A stretch of 64,000 bases of DNA, taken from assembly GCA_050296515.1 (NCBI GenBank), contig JBNKRJ010000003.1, positions 462-64,461 on the forward strand, given 5' to 3'. Positions 37,299 to 45,699 of the stretch are shown here, in pieces; the first letter of the stretch is position 1; every line of letters begins with the position of its first letter. The translations under genes were made by a program, and so were the position numbers. Under the pieces are notes generated by a model, which saw only the letters and a list, made by a program, of their open reading frames with translations, had not been told where the DNA came from and did no database searches. Source of the stretch: Bacteroidales bacterium (GTDB taxonomy: Bacteria > Bacteroidota > Bacteroidia > Bacteroidales > NBLH01).

Positions 37299-38084
37299 AT
37301 GGAAAATTCAAAAAAGCAAGAATTAATTGAAAGATGGGATACTTTCATTTCAAAAATAAAATCCAGATGCGATGAAATTATAAGTCAGGCAAACCAGGGC
37401 ACTGATATGTTTATTCCTCAACTGATGTTTGATACGAATGCTGTAGCAAATGCCTGGACAGGAATAAAAAGTCAGATTTATGAACTGACAAATAAACTGG
37501 AAGATGGTTGGATGAAAATGGATGACTTATTTGACAAAGCAGGCAGCAGTAGCAACGAAACAGATGCAGAAAGAGCCAAAAAAGAAGATGCTAAAGCACA
37601 GATGAACTGGCAGTTTGAAAAAAACCAAATATTAGCCTTTGCCAAAGCCGGACGCCAAATATTGTTCAATGTAAAAACACATGTGAACGAAAACAAAATG
37701 CATAATTGTACACAGTGCGGAGCTCCGCTTGATATTTCTATCTATTCGTTCAGGGCAAAAAATGTAAAGTGTGATTCATGCGGATCAGTAAACACCTATA
37801 AACCTGATGATCGTATAGTTGCACTTGAATCCTGGGTACTAACACCATTGGCAAAGGAATACTGCCTTTTAGAGAAAGAGAAAGAGTTTTTTCTTGAAGA
37901 AAAATTATCTGAAACAAATCATAAAAAAGTTACTAAAGAGCAGGTTCAGGAGCTAATAAATGCGAGGAAAGATGCCATTAATAAACATTATCAGTTCTTG
38001 ATTAACAGCATACCAGAGAAGGCGGAACTTTATGAAAGGCAACGAGATGAAAGGCTTAAATGGGCGGAAAATGTAAGATATTAG
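37299..38084 (+). CDS. uncharacterised protein with a central zinc ribbon
   Basis: I place the start at ATG 37299 (MENSKKQ), 14 nt after the previous stop. Zinc ribbon CTQCGAPLD...CDSCGS is flanked by helical, coiled-coil-like segments. Confidence 0.7.
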   Translation: MENSKKQELIERWDTFISKIKSRCDEIISQANQGTDMFIPQLMFDTNAVANAWTGIKSQIYELTNKLEDGWMKMDDLFDKAGSSSNETDAERAKKEDAKAQMNWQFEKNQILAFAKAGRQILFNVKTHVNENKMHNCTQCGAPLDISIYSFRAKNVKCDSCGSVNTYKPDDRIVALESWVLTPLAKEYCLLEKEKEFFLEEKLSETNHKKVTKEQVQELINARKDAINKHYQFLINSIPEKAELYERQRDERLKWAENVRY

Positions 38085-38118
38085 ATCGGATTTTTCATTT
38101 TTTTGCAATTCTCTTATA

Positions 38119-38162
38119 AAAAACTGAATTCCAGACAACCAACTCAATCACCTGGAATTCAG
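38119..38162. terminator. bidirectional terminator between the convergent operon and amylase gene
   Basis: Perfect 11-bp stem 'ctgaattccag' (38124-38134) / 'ctggaattcag' (38152-38162). The A5 run at 38119-38123 gives a U-tract for the minus-strand amylase transcript. Confidence 0.7.
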
Positions 38163-38189
38163 CGCCTTGCCTAAAATATCACTAAAATC

Positions 38190-39863
38190 CTATTTTCCCA
38201 AAAGTACAATGTCAAAATCAGTTTCAAGAGTGACTTTGCCATCTTTAACTTCGACAGACTTTTCAGAGTAATAATCTTTAAGCATTGTTCCATCGGCAAA
38301 AATATCTTTTACCGAAATTTCCTTTTTGCCTTTGACTAGCCCTAAGCCAACCACCACTTTATCTTCAAACTTTTCAGTTTTATAACTTCTTAAAAAATAA
38401 TAAGGTGTTTCAGAAATCATTTTATGAATTCCAGTGCCAACTGAAGGATGTTCGTTTCTGAATTTCCCAAGCTTTTGCCAATGAGCTAGAACTATTGAAA
38501 CTTCAACACCATTGACACTTTTATTATTCTTAATTTCATCCCAATTCATAAATATTCTCAGATTGGCATCTCCTTTGGCTCCTTCCTTCATCAAAAGCCT
38601 GCTGGTTTCATCACCATAATAAATTTGCGAAGCTCCCGGGCACAACAACAATTTGGTTCCTGCTTCGATGGCTTTTTCCCTGTTGGCATCAAATGGCTGA
38701 CTATCATCATGAGAACTCACATAATTCAGGACGCTTTTGCCTCCCAGGGAATCCTGTAATCGATTTGAGTAATCAGAGAATAACTCTTCAAATGATTTTT
38801 GAGCAGCATCGTACTTAAACCCAAAGTTGATTAAACTATTAAACCCATAATTGAAATAATCAATCTTTCTGTCACCAAAGTCATAATATCGATTTGAAAA
38901 AATATTGTAACCGTAGAGCTCACCTACTACATAAAAATCATTATCATCAAGTACAGCTTCTGGATTGGCTTTTTTCCAGTCCTTAAATGCCTGAATGGCT
39001 TCTTTGATTAAATCTCCCCAAACAGTTTCTTCAACATGCTTTACAGTGTCGATTCTGTAACCATCTATTCCATATTTACGAATGAAATCGGTAAGCCACT
39101 TTATAATGTAATTTTTCGGAGCCCTTACCATTCCTGTCCTCCTAAAAAAGGTATCCAATTCGGCAAGTTCTTCGTCCAAACGACCTTCTTTTTCCCATTT
39201 TTGCTTTAAGTATTCAGGAACTCCCACAGAATCATTACTTTCTGTTCTAATATCAGGTAAATTCCTGACTAATGTACATGTTACAGCAGTTTCATAGTCC
39301 TGATAGGTACATTGTGGCTCGGTCCTCACCCATTCTTCGGGCCAAACGGGATCTTGTTCTGTTACAGGTCCGGTGTGGTTTAATACTACATCTAACAAAA
39401 TTCGAATTCCACTCTCGTGTGCCACTTTTACAAGTTCATGCATATCCTCTCCTGTTCCAAAGTTTGGATCAATTGCTGTCCAGTCTTTTGTCCAATAACC
39501 ATGGTATCCATAAGTAGCCCCCTGGCCTTCATCTACATAGCCATGAATTTGTTCAACTATAGGAGTCAACCAAATAGCATTAACACCAAGCTTTGAGAAG
39601 TATCCCTCTTTTATTTTTTGAGTTATTCCTTTAATGTCCCCTCCCATAAACTTTCTAAGTTCTGAGGTTTTTGCAGTTCTATCAAAATTCACATCATTAC
39701 TTTTGTCGCCATTGCAAAACCTGTCGGTCATTAGAAAATACACATTGGCATTTTCCCAAACAAACGGGGCTTTGTGTTCCTCATTGGTTTCTTTAGAGGT
39801 ATCATTGCCACATGCAATCATGAAAAACATACTTAAAGCAAGCAAAAATGACTTTTTTATCAT
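38190..39863 (-). CDS. alpha-amylase family (GH13) lipoprotein
   Basis: Lipobox MFFMIAC. GH13 regions DVVLNHTG, GYRIDTVKH, VGELYG and VSSHDD. Confidence 0.9.
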   Translation of the reverse strand: MIKKSFLLALSMFFMIACGNDTSKETNEEHKAPFVWENANVYFLMTDRFCNGDKSNDVNFDRTAKTSELRKFMGGDIKGITQKIKEGYFSKLGVNAIWLTPIVEQIHGYVDEGQGATYGYHGYWTKDWTAIDPNFGTGEDMHELVKVAHESGIRILLDVVLNHTGPVTEQDPVWPEEWVRTEPQCTYQDYETAVTCTLVRNLPDIRTESNDSVGVPEYLKQKWEKEGRLDEELAELDTFFRRTGMVRAPKNYIIKWLTDFIRKYGIDGYRIDTVKHVEETVWGDLIKEAIQAFKDWKKANPEAVLDDNDFYVVGELYGYNIFSNRYYDFGDRKIDYFNYGFNSLINFGFKYDAAQKSFEELFSDYSNRLQDSLGGKSVLNYVSSHDDSQPFDANREKAIEAGTKLLLCPGASQIYYGDETSRLLMKEGAKGDANLRIFMNWDEIKNNKSVNGVEVSIVLAHWQKLGKFRNEHPSVGTGIHKMISETPYYFLRSYKTEKFEDKVVVGLGLVKGKKEISVKDIFADGTMLKDYYSEKSVEVKDGKVTLETDFDIVLLGK

Positions 39864-40544
39864 CTTCTTAAATTTTAATTAACAGTTAAATAATGCGTAA
39901 ATGTATTAATTTGCTTAGCAAAGCGCTTAAAATGAACTAATCTGATGGCAAAAAAAACACAGCAAACGATTGCAGAACACTTCTTTTAGAATCATTTACG
40001 CATAAAAACTAAAAATTAGTCAAAATTTTGTCTTTTTTCAACTTACAATGATTTAAATGCCGTAATTTTATCAATAAAATCAATGTTCTTGCTTGATGTA
40101 AATTACCGGCATCCCTAAATTGCTCATAAAAAAAGAACCTTCTTAAAAGGCCAGAAAAATAATTAACTACTTGAGAAACATGAAAAAGCTGTTCTTAACT
40201 TATTGGAAAATGCTATTGATTGTTTTGGCAGATAAAGATTTATTTCTTTTCCTCACTTATTTAAACCTGAATCGACTTAAAAAGAAGGAAAAAGAGTGGT
40301 TGCCAGGTTAAAATTATTCAAAGATATGATTACGATTACTTCGACCACCCAACAAAAAGGTAAGTCACTCATTTCCAACCAATAACAACCCGCATCTGGT
40401 ATGCACATTTACTATACTTGGCGAAAGTTTTATTTTTCGAAATTATTTTTTTCAGAAAAAAGTGATCTATAATTCCAACTTTTATACATTTCCGATATCT
40501 ATATATTGAACAAAGGCAATCAGCCATAACTCAGATTGTAAAAA

Positions 40545-41054
40545 TTGAAGAACCAAAAGAATAGATCAGTAGAAGCACTTTTTAAATCTTATGCTCGCGG
40601 AATGTATAACATCTGTCTCCGAATGACCGGAAATAAACAGGATGCTGAAGATATTTTACAAGAAGCATTTTACCTGGCATTTGTGAATTTTAACAAATTA
40701 GAGAAGATTGACAGTTTTGGAGCCTGGTTGAAAAAAATTGTGGTCAACAAATGTATTTCGTTCTTGCGCAAACAAATTCATTTTGTTGACATTGAATCAA
40801 CCAATCAAAACCAAAGTGAAGACCATGAAGATTGGATGCAGGAAATATCTATGGATGAAATTAACAAAGAAATCCAGCATTTGCCGGATGGCTGCAGGGT
40901 GGTTTTCAATCTTTATTTACTTGAAAACTATTCGCACAAGCATATCGCTGACTTGTTGGATATTTCTGAATCGACTTCAAAAAGTCAGTACCATAGAGCA
41001 AAAAGCATTTTAAGAACACAATTAAAGAAAAAGTTACATTATGGAAAAGTTTGA
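40545..41054 (+). CDS. ECF-type RNA polymerase sigma-70 factor
   Basis: Region 2 DAEDILQEAFYLAF...FGAWLKKIVVNKCI. Region 4 HKHIADLLDISESTSKSQYHRAK. TTG start. Confidence 0.88.
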   Translation: MKNQKNRSVEALFKSYARGMYNICLRMTGNKQDAEDILQEAFYLAFVNFNKLEKIDSFGAWLKKIVVNKCISFLRKQIHFVDIESTNQNQSEDHEDWMQEISMDEINKEIQHLPDGCRVVFNLYLLENYSHKHIADLLDISESTSKSQYHRAKSILRTQLKKKLHYGKV

Positions 41055-41607
41055 GCAGTTTTTTAAAGAGAATAGGTTGCGACTAGATACTGAAAATCTG
41101 GATGAAACTTCATGGATGAATATTGAGAACTCTTTCAAAATACATAAAAGGAAAAGTTTTTTCAGGAAACTATATGTAGCAGCAAGTATAATTGCGATTT
41201 TAGGATTGAGTTCCATAATAATTTTTTCGGGAAATGAAAAAAACAAACAAGTAGTGCAAACTTCAATATTTACTGATATTTCACCCGACTTGGTAAAACA
41301 GGAGAACTCTTATATTCAATTAGTTAACTCTAAAATTAATAAAATAAAGGAAGAAAAAGTACCAAAAGAAAATGCAGCACTTTTTAATGAATTTATAAAA
41401 CAGCTTGAGGTGATTGACAAACAATATGAGTTGTATAAACAAGAGATAGAAAAAACAGGATATAATGATGAACTGATACAACAGGTTATTTATAACTATC
41501 AGTTAAAACTTTCGGTACTTCAAATGTTACAATCTGAAATTGATAAAATTAACAGACTTTCAAAAAAGAATAAAAATGAAAAAGAAGAAATTAAATTGGA
41601 TATATAA
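41041..41607 (+). CDS. putative anti-sigma factor (single-pass membrane protein)
   Basis: Overlaps the sigma gene by 14 nt. TM helix LYVAASIIAILGLSSIIIF. Call rests on position after an ECF sigma gene. Confidence 0.65.
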   Translation: MEKFEQFFKENRLRLDTENLDETSWMNIENSFKIHKRKSFFRKLYVAASIIAILGLSSIIIFSGNEKNKQVVQTSIFTDISPDLVKQENSYIQLVNSKINKIKEEKVPKENAALFNEFIKQLEVIDKQYELYKQEIEKTGYNDELIQQVIYNYQLKLSVLQMLQSEIDKINRLSKKNKNEKEEIKLDI

Positions 41608-42916
41608 AAGCATACTAGCAATAGTAATTGGTTTATCATTGATTAAAGAAGGTGTATTAGCCCAAACAATGGATAAAACCATCGAAAAAACAGTTAACAT
41701 CTCCGATAATACGCAAATAATTTCAACAAATATAAATGGAGCTGATCTGACAATAAAAAACTGGGAGCAAGATAAGATCAAGGTTATTTATAAAATACAG
41801 GTAAAAGCAAAAAATGCCGAGAATTTAAAAGCATTTAATGAAGAGTTGGAAAATAAACTTAATAAACAATTTGAAGGGAGTCATGATAAATCATTAAATG
41901 TTTCTTTCCCACTCAAGAATTATAATCAAAAAGATGAGCATGTTTCTATAAAATTTCAAAATGGAAAAATTAAACATCGACTTGCTGAATTTAAATTAGA
42001 AACCATTATTTATGCTCCTAAAAAGAACCCTTTAATACTGATACATAGTTTTAACAAGCTGATTATTGAAGGAGAAAGAAATGATTTAACACTTATTCTA
42101 AGCAGTTGTAATTTCTCAATGGGAAACTGTAATAAACTTAAATTATCCACTAATTTTTGTAAAAATGTTAAAATTGGGAATATAAATGAAGCAGACCTTA
42201 ATATCCAATCAGGTGGAATTTCAACAGGAGTAATAGAAAACAGTTTGATTGTAAAGGCTAATTTTGCAAATATAGAAGTCTCAAAAATTAATGGAAATGC
42301 CAGCCTTGACATAAGTAGCAGTACGTTTAAAAGTTCCAACATTAAAGAATTAAAACTTTCAGGAAGCTTTATTCGTGAGTTTAAGGCTAACAACATTGAA
42401 AAAACTGTTATTAAGAAGTTGAGTTCATCTGAATTTGTAGCAAACAATATTAATGCACTCACAATTGAAGATGCCTCTTTTTCAACTTTCAGAGTCGCCC
42501 AGATTGAAACTTTGAGCATAGAAAAATCCTCAAGCTCAAAGTTTTATGTTACAGCAGCAAATGTTGTTGAAGCCCCACAATGTTCCTTTACTGATTTTTC
42601 AATAGGCCAGCTAAAAAAAAGGTTTGTAACCAAATCAAGCAGTGGAAGCATCAAACTTGATGATGTTATCACTGATTTTGAAAAAATCAGCATTGATGGC
42701 CAGTTTGTGAATATCAATATCAACACACAAGAAAATGCAAGTTATAAAATTGAAGCCGAACTTGAATTTCCAAACTATCGATTTCATGATATCACTTACA
42801 GTTTAAAAGAAAAAAATCTGAGTAACGAAAAAATGTCGGGCATAAGAGGCACTGATAAAAACACAAATTCAAAAATTAGTTTTGATTGTAAAAGTTGCTC
42901 AATTACACTTGATTAA
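41576..42916 (+). CDS. secreted beta-strand-repeat protein (DUF4097-like putative adhesin)
   Basis: I place the start at ATG 41576 (MKKKKLNWIYKSILAIVIGLSLI). The protein is a repetitive Ser/Asn/Ile-rich beta-strand pattern. It is third in the sigma / anti-sigma / X arrangement. Confidence 0.65.
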   Translation: MKKKKLNWIYKSILAIVIGLSLIKEGVLAQTMDKTIEKTVNISDNTQIISTNINGADLTIKNWEQDKIKVIYKIQVKAKNAENLKAFNEELENKLNKQFEGSHDKSLNVSFPLKNYNQKDEHVSIKFQNGKIKHRLAEFKLETIIYAPKKNPLILIHSFNKLIIEGERNDLTLILSSCNFSMGNCNKLKLSTNFCKNVKIGNINEADLNIQSGGISTGVIENSLIVKANFANIEVSKINGNASLDISSSTFKSSNIKELKLSGSFIREFKANNIEKTVIKKLSSSEFVANNINALTIEDASFSTFRVAQIETLSIEKSSSSKFYVTAANVVEAPQCSFTDFSIGQLKKRFVTKSSSGSIKLDDVITDFEKISIDGQFVNININTQENASYKIEAELEFPNYRFHDITYSLKEKNLSNEKMSGIRGTDKNTNSKISFDCKSCSITLD

Positions 42917-42941
42917 ATATTACTTGAACTTGAAAACATAG

Positions 42942-42970
42942 GGTTTTAGGTATTATCTAAAACCTTTTTT
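42942..42970 (+). terminator. rho-independent terminator
   Basis: 'ggttttag' (42942-42949) pairs with 'ctaaaacc' (42957-42964) around a 7-nt loop, followed by T6. Confidence 0.75.
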
Positions 42971-43352
42971 ATTTCGTAACTGGTCAGTGTCAAAGATAAG
43001 TGAAAACTTATTATCATTTTACACTCTATAAGAATTGCATATATGTTTTGAGCTTTAGTTTTAACATTGATATATGGGTCGCATTCTTCTATTATAGCTT
43101 AATTAACAATTTCGTTTTCTGGTTGTTAGTATGTTAAGGGCGAAATGTCTGTATTTTTGCAACTAGTATTGTAGATTTGTATAGCTATAGTTCAAAATAG
43201 TAATGATTAATTTATATAGATTCTAACAGCTTAATACTAAGGTCATTTAATTTAAATGTGAAATTTTCACCTGACATTTTGACCATTTTTAAAAAAATTA
43301 AGTTTTAACTTGCTAGGTCAACCTATGTTAGGACAAGACAAACAATTAAAAC

Positions 43353-44069
43353 CTAAAAATCATACAACCTCCCAAGGTTTAAATTGGCTCCAACATTAAA
43401 AATAAATGGCTGATAATCAAAATTTAATTTCTTATCCCCAATAGGAACAGAGAAACCAATTTGAAAAGTAAACTTTAGATATTTGTACCCAATCTTGGAT
43501 GTAAATACTGGTTCAAAAAAGCCATGATATTCGCCTGTTTCAAAACCTGTTCCATCTGGGTTCATTTGAACTAATGCAAACCTTGATGCGAAACTTCCAT
43601 CATAAATTCCGGTGGCAATACCAATTCCAGGTTGAAGAAAAAACCTGTTGTATCTTGCATCAGCAATTTCATGTGAAGAGAATATATTTTTATAATAACC
43701 TTCAACCCGTCCTGTTCCATATCCCCCATAGAATTCATATCTTCCAACACTACCAAGCTTATCATAAAATCCAACTCCTCCCTCCAGGATGGTATGTTTG
43801 TGGAAATTGTCTGAAGAATCTTTGGTTTTGTCAGCAAAAGAACCGTTTGCCATAATTCCAATGTGATCTGTTATTGCATAAGCTGCTTGTACATCAAGAT
43901 TACTTGTTCCGGTTGCTGCATTTGCCTGAAACTCACCTTTATTGCTGAACATTGGCGAATTTACCATATTGGGAATGTATTCAGGTGCACAGGAAATTTG
44001 CATCACCATGGAAATGAGCAGAGCAGCAATATGGCCCACTGTGGTGATCTGATTTTTCTTCTTTTTCAC
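43353..44069 (-). CDS. outer-membrane beta-barrel protein
   Basis: GTG start and a signal peptide with Cys (MVMQISCAP). Alternating G/Y/F-rich strands and C-terminal ...GRLYDF with a terminal Phe. Confidence 0.7.
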   Translation of the reverse strand: MKKKKNQITTVGHIAALLISMVMQISCAPEYIPNMVNSPMFSNKGEFQANAATGTSNLDVQAAYAITDHIGIMANGSFADKTKDSSDNFHKHTILEGGVGFYDKLGSVGRYEFYGGYGTGRVEGYYKNIFSSHEIADARYNRFFLQPGIGIATGIYDGSFASRFALVQMNPDGTGFETGEYHGFFEPVFTSKIGYKYLKFTFQIGFSVPIGDKKLNFDYQPFIFNVGANLNLGRLYDF

Positions 44070-44117
44070 TTGTTTAAACTTTAGTTAAGTTGTTGAAATT
44101 TATTCACTTTTCATAAA

Positions 44118-44272
44118 CTATTTATATGGAGTTCACGAGCTTGCTTCGCAAGGTTAAACATATTCTTTTGTAAAGCGATTAAATTCTATATGAAACCCCG
44201 AAGGGCTCAGCGTAAGCTAATCCCTCTGCGCCTCCGCTAAAGCTTCAGCGGCACGCGGAATGAGGGTTTCAT
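44118..44272 (+). repeat. modular mini-hairpin intergenic repeat, copy 2
   Basis: 'ctatttatatggagttcacgagcttgcttcgcaaggttaaacatattctt ... aaaccccgaagggctcagcgtaagctaatccctc ... gggtttcat'. It shares its terminal and central modules with the reverse complement of 16696-16853. Confidence 0.8.
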
Positions 44273-44556
44273 AGGTTTAAGTTTAAGTTTGTGTCAAAGG
44301 TCATTTATTACTTTGACAATCTTGCTTCTTACTTCCCCCACTCAAGTTACATTCCTTCCTTAAGATAGTATGTTTATGAAAAAGTTGGAGTTGCTGGAGA
44401 CAAAACTGATTTTAACAAACTTTAGTACTAGATGCTTGATGATGTAGTTGAATCTTAATAAATTTATCGAAGCATTTATTTTAAAATATTTCTAATTTCA
44501 ATTTGTTTGTGAAGTAAAGATTCGCGAAAAAAACAATACCCTGAAAAATAAAAATC

Positions 44557-44769
44557 ATGAAACAAAAACTTTCTCAAGAAATGCTTGACAGAATGAGTAA
44601 AGACCCAGGAAACTGGAGGGGCCCATTCTACTTTAATCCTAAAGATCAAAGATTAACTGTTCCAAAATTGTATCCTGCAATGGGATGGACTTTTAACTTT
44701 GCCAGCCCCTACACATACATAACATTAATTTCAGTAATAGCAATAATTATTGTTTCTGGAATGATTTAA
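44557..44769 (+). CDS. small membrane protein (DUF5808-like)
   Basis: 70 aa. DPGNWRGPFYFNPKDQRLTVPKLYPAMGWTFNFA followed by a TM helix. Confidence 0.6.
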   Translation: MKQKLSQEMLDRMSKDPGNWRGPFYFNPKDQRLTVPKLYPAMGWTFNFASPYTYITLISVIAIIIVSGMI

Positions 44770-44862
44770 TGCTGAATGTTTTTTTTGAAAAACTGGAATA
44801 GAACGAATCCAATGTGATGTTTTGACGAAAATAATTACCTGGTGCTTTTGGCATAGATAAAA

Positions 44863-45570
44863 ATGGACAGGAAATTAGAAGAAATATTAATCAGGGATCC
44901 TAAAAAGAACATTGCAACAATTGGCTTTTTTGAAAACTTTCCTGTTAAAAAATATTACTTTGAAGATGATTCGGTGTTGATCTATGGTGAAAGTGATAAT
45001 TACTGGGCACATATAGTCAGCTCTTCAGAAAAGGAACTGCAAAGCCTTCTTAAAAAGCATTTTCGGAAAACAAATTACTATTACTCGATTGAAGATTGGA
45101 TGATTCCACTTTTATTAAAACTTGGAAATGAAGACTGGGCGATGACAACTAACAGGTACATTTTGAATAATGATGTTACTGTTAGACAAAACAATTCCGA
45201 AATTGTTAAAGTTGATGCGTCCTTTGCCTCTTTTGTTCATGAAAATTCTGATTACAAAAAGTACACATCGGTTGAATACATTAAGCAAAGATTAAATGCT
45301 GATATTTCGGCTGGGATCAAGGTTGCTCATCAGCTGGTTGCTTGGGGGTTTACTCATGATGATGGAGCTTTAGGATTTCTTCATGTGCTTCCTGAATATC
45401 GAAAAAGAGGTTATGCAAACGAAGTAGTATTATCATTAATTCAGCAACGAAGAAGAGCTAATAAAACTGTGTTTTGCAATATTGTTCCTATAAATAGCAT
45501 CGCAATAAATTTTGTCACCAGATTGGGCTTTCATTTTGACAGAAAAGTGAGCTGGGTGAAATTAAAATAA
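44863..45570 (+). CDS. GNAT-family N-acetyltransferase
   Basis: The C-terminal domain carries the acetyl-CoA-binding-type motif LGFLHVLPEYRKRGYANEVVLSL. Confidence 0.75.
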   Translation: MDRKLEEILIRDPKKNIATIGFFENFPVKKYYFEDDSVLIYGESDNYWAHIVSSSEKELQSLLKKHFRKTNYYYSIEDWMIPLLLKLGNEDWAMTTNRYILNNDVTVRQNNSEIVKVDASFASFVHENSDYKKYTSVEYIKQRLNADISAGIKVAHQLVAWGFTHDDGALGFLHVLPEYRKRGYANEVVLSLIQQRRRANKTVFCNIVPINSIAINFVTRLGFHFDRKVSWVKLK

Positions 45571-45671
45571 AACTTTAAACAGGAAAATAATGACTTTGCA
45601 ACGCAACTTTTAAACCTTGCAGACATACTCAAATAGCTGATAATAATCATTTTGATGGCCTGAAAACTTTC

Positions 45672-45679
45672 TAAATTTG
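45672..45679 (+). promoter_or_regulatory. Bacteroidota-type -7 box TAAATTTG
   Basis: Exact match to TAnnTTTG, 20 nt upstream of the ATG at 45700. Confidence 0.4.
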
Positions 45680-45699
45680 TAAAGTAAAGTGAATGGACC

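Noticed and set aside
39893-40311. Regulatory elements or a small gene in the 680-nt spacer between the amylase and ECF sigma genes
   Set aside because: The candidates were an 11-bp inverted repeat ('atgcgtaaatg' 39893-39903 / 'catttacgcat' 39993-40003), a LacI-like half-palindrome 'agcaaacgattgcag' (39961-39975), and a 43-codon ORF (40180-40311, MKKLFLTYWKMLLIVL...). The palindrome is imperfect (5 of 6 per half-site) and no LacI-family gene is nearby. The inverted repeat is short for a 90-nt spacing in AT-rich DNA. The small ORF has no supporting context. None is strong enough to report as a feature.
42010-42726. 169-aa and 60-aa ORFs antisense to the DUF4097-like gene
   Set aside because: They are explained by the extreme codon bias of the repetitive sense gene, which has few codons whose complements are stops. 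The antisense peptides are L/S/I/F-rich nonsense.
43571-44084. Three extra ORFs in other frames and strands over the outer-membrane protein gene
   Set aside because: The Gly/Tyr/Phe/Asn-rich barrel gene leaves several frames open by chance. Only the 238-aa frame gives a signal peptide and a C-terminal Phe beta-barrel signature.
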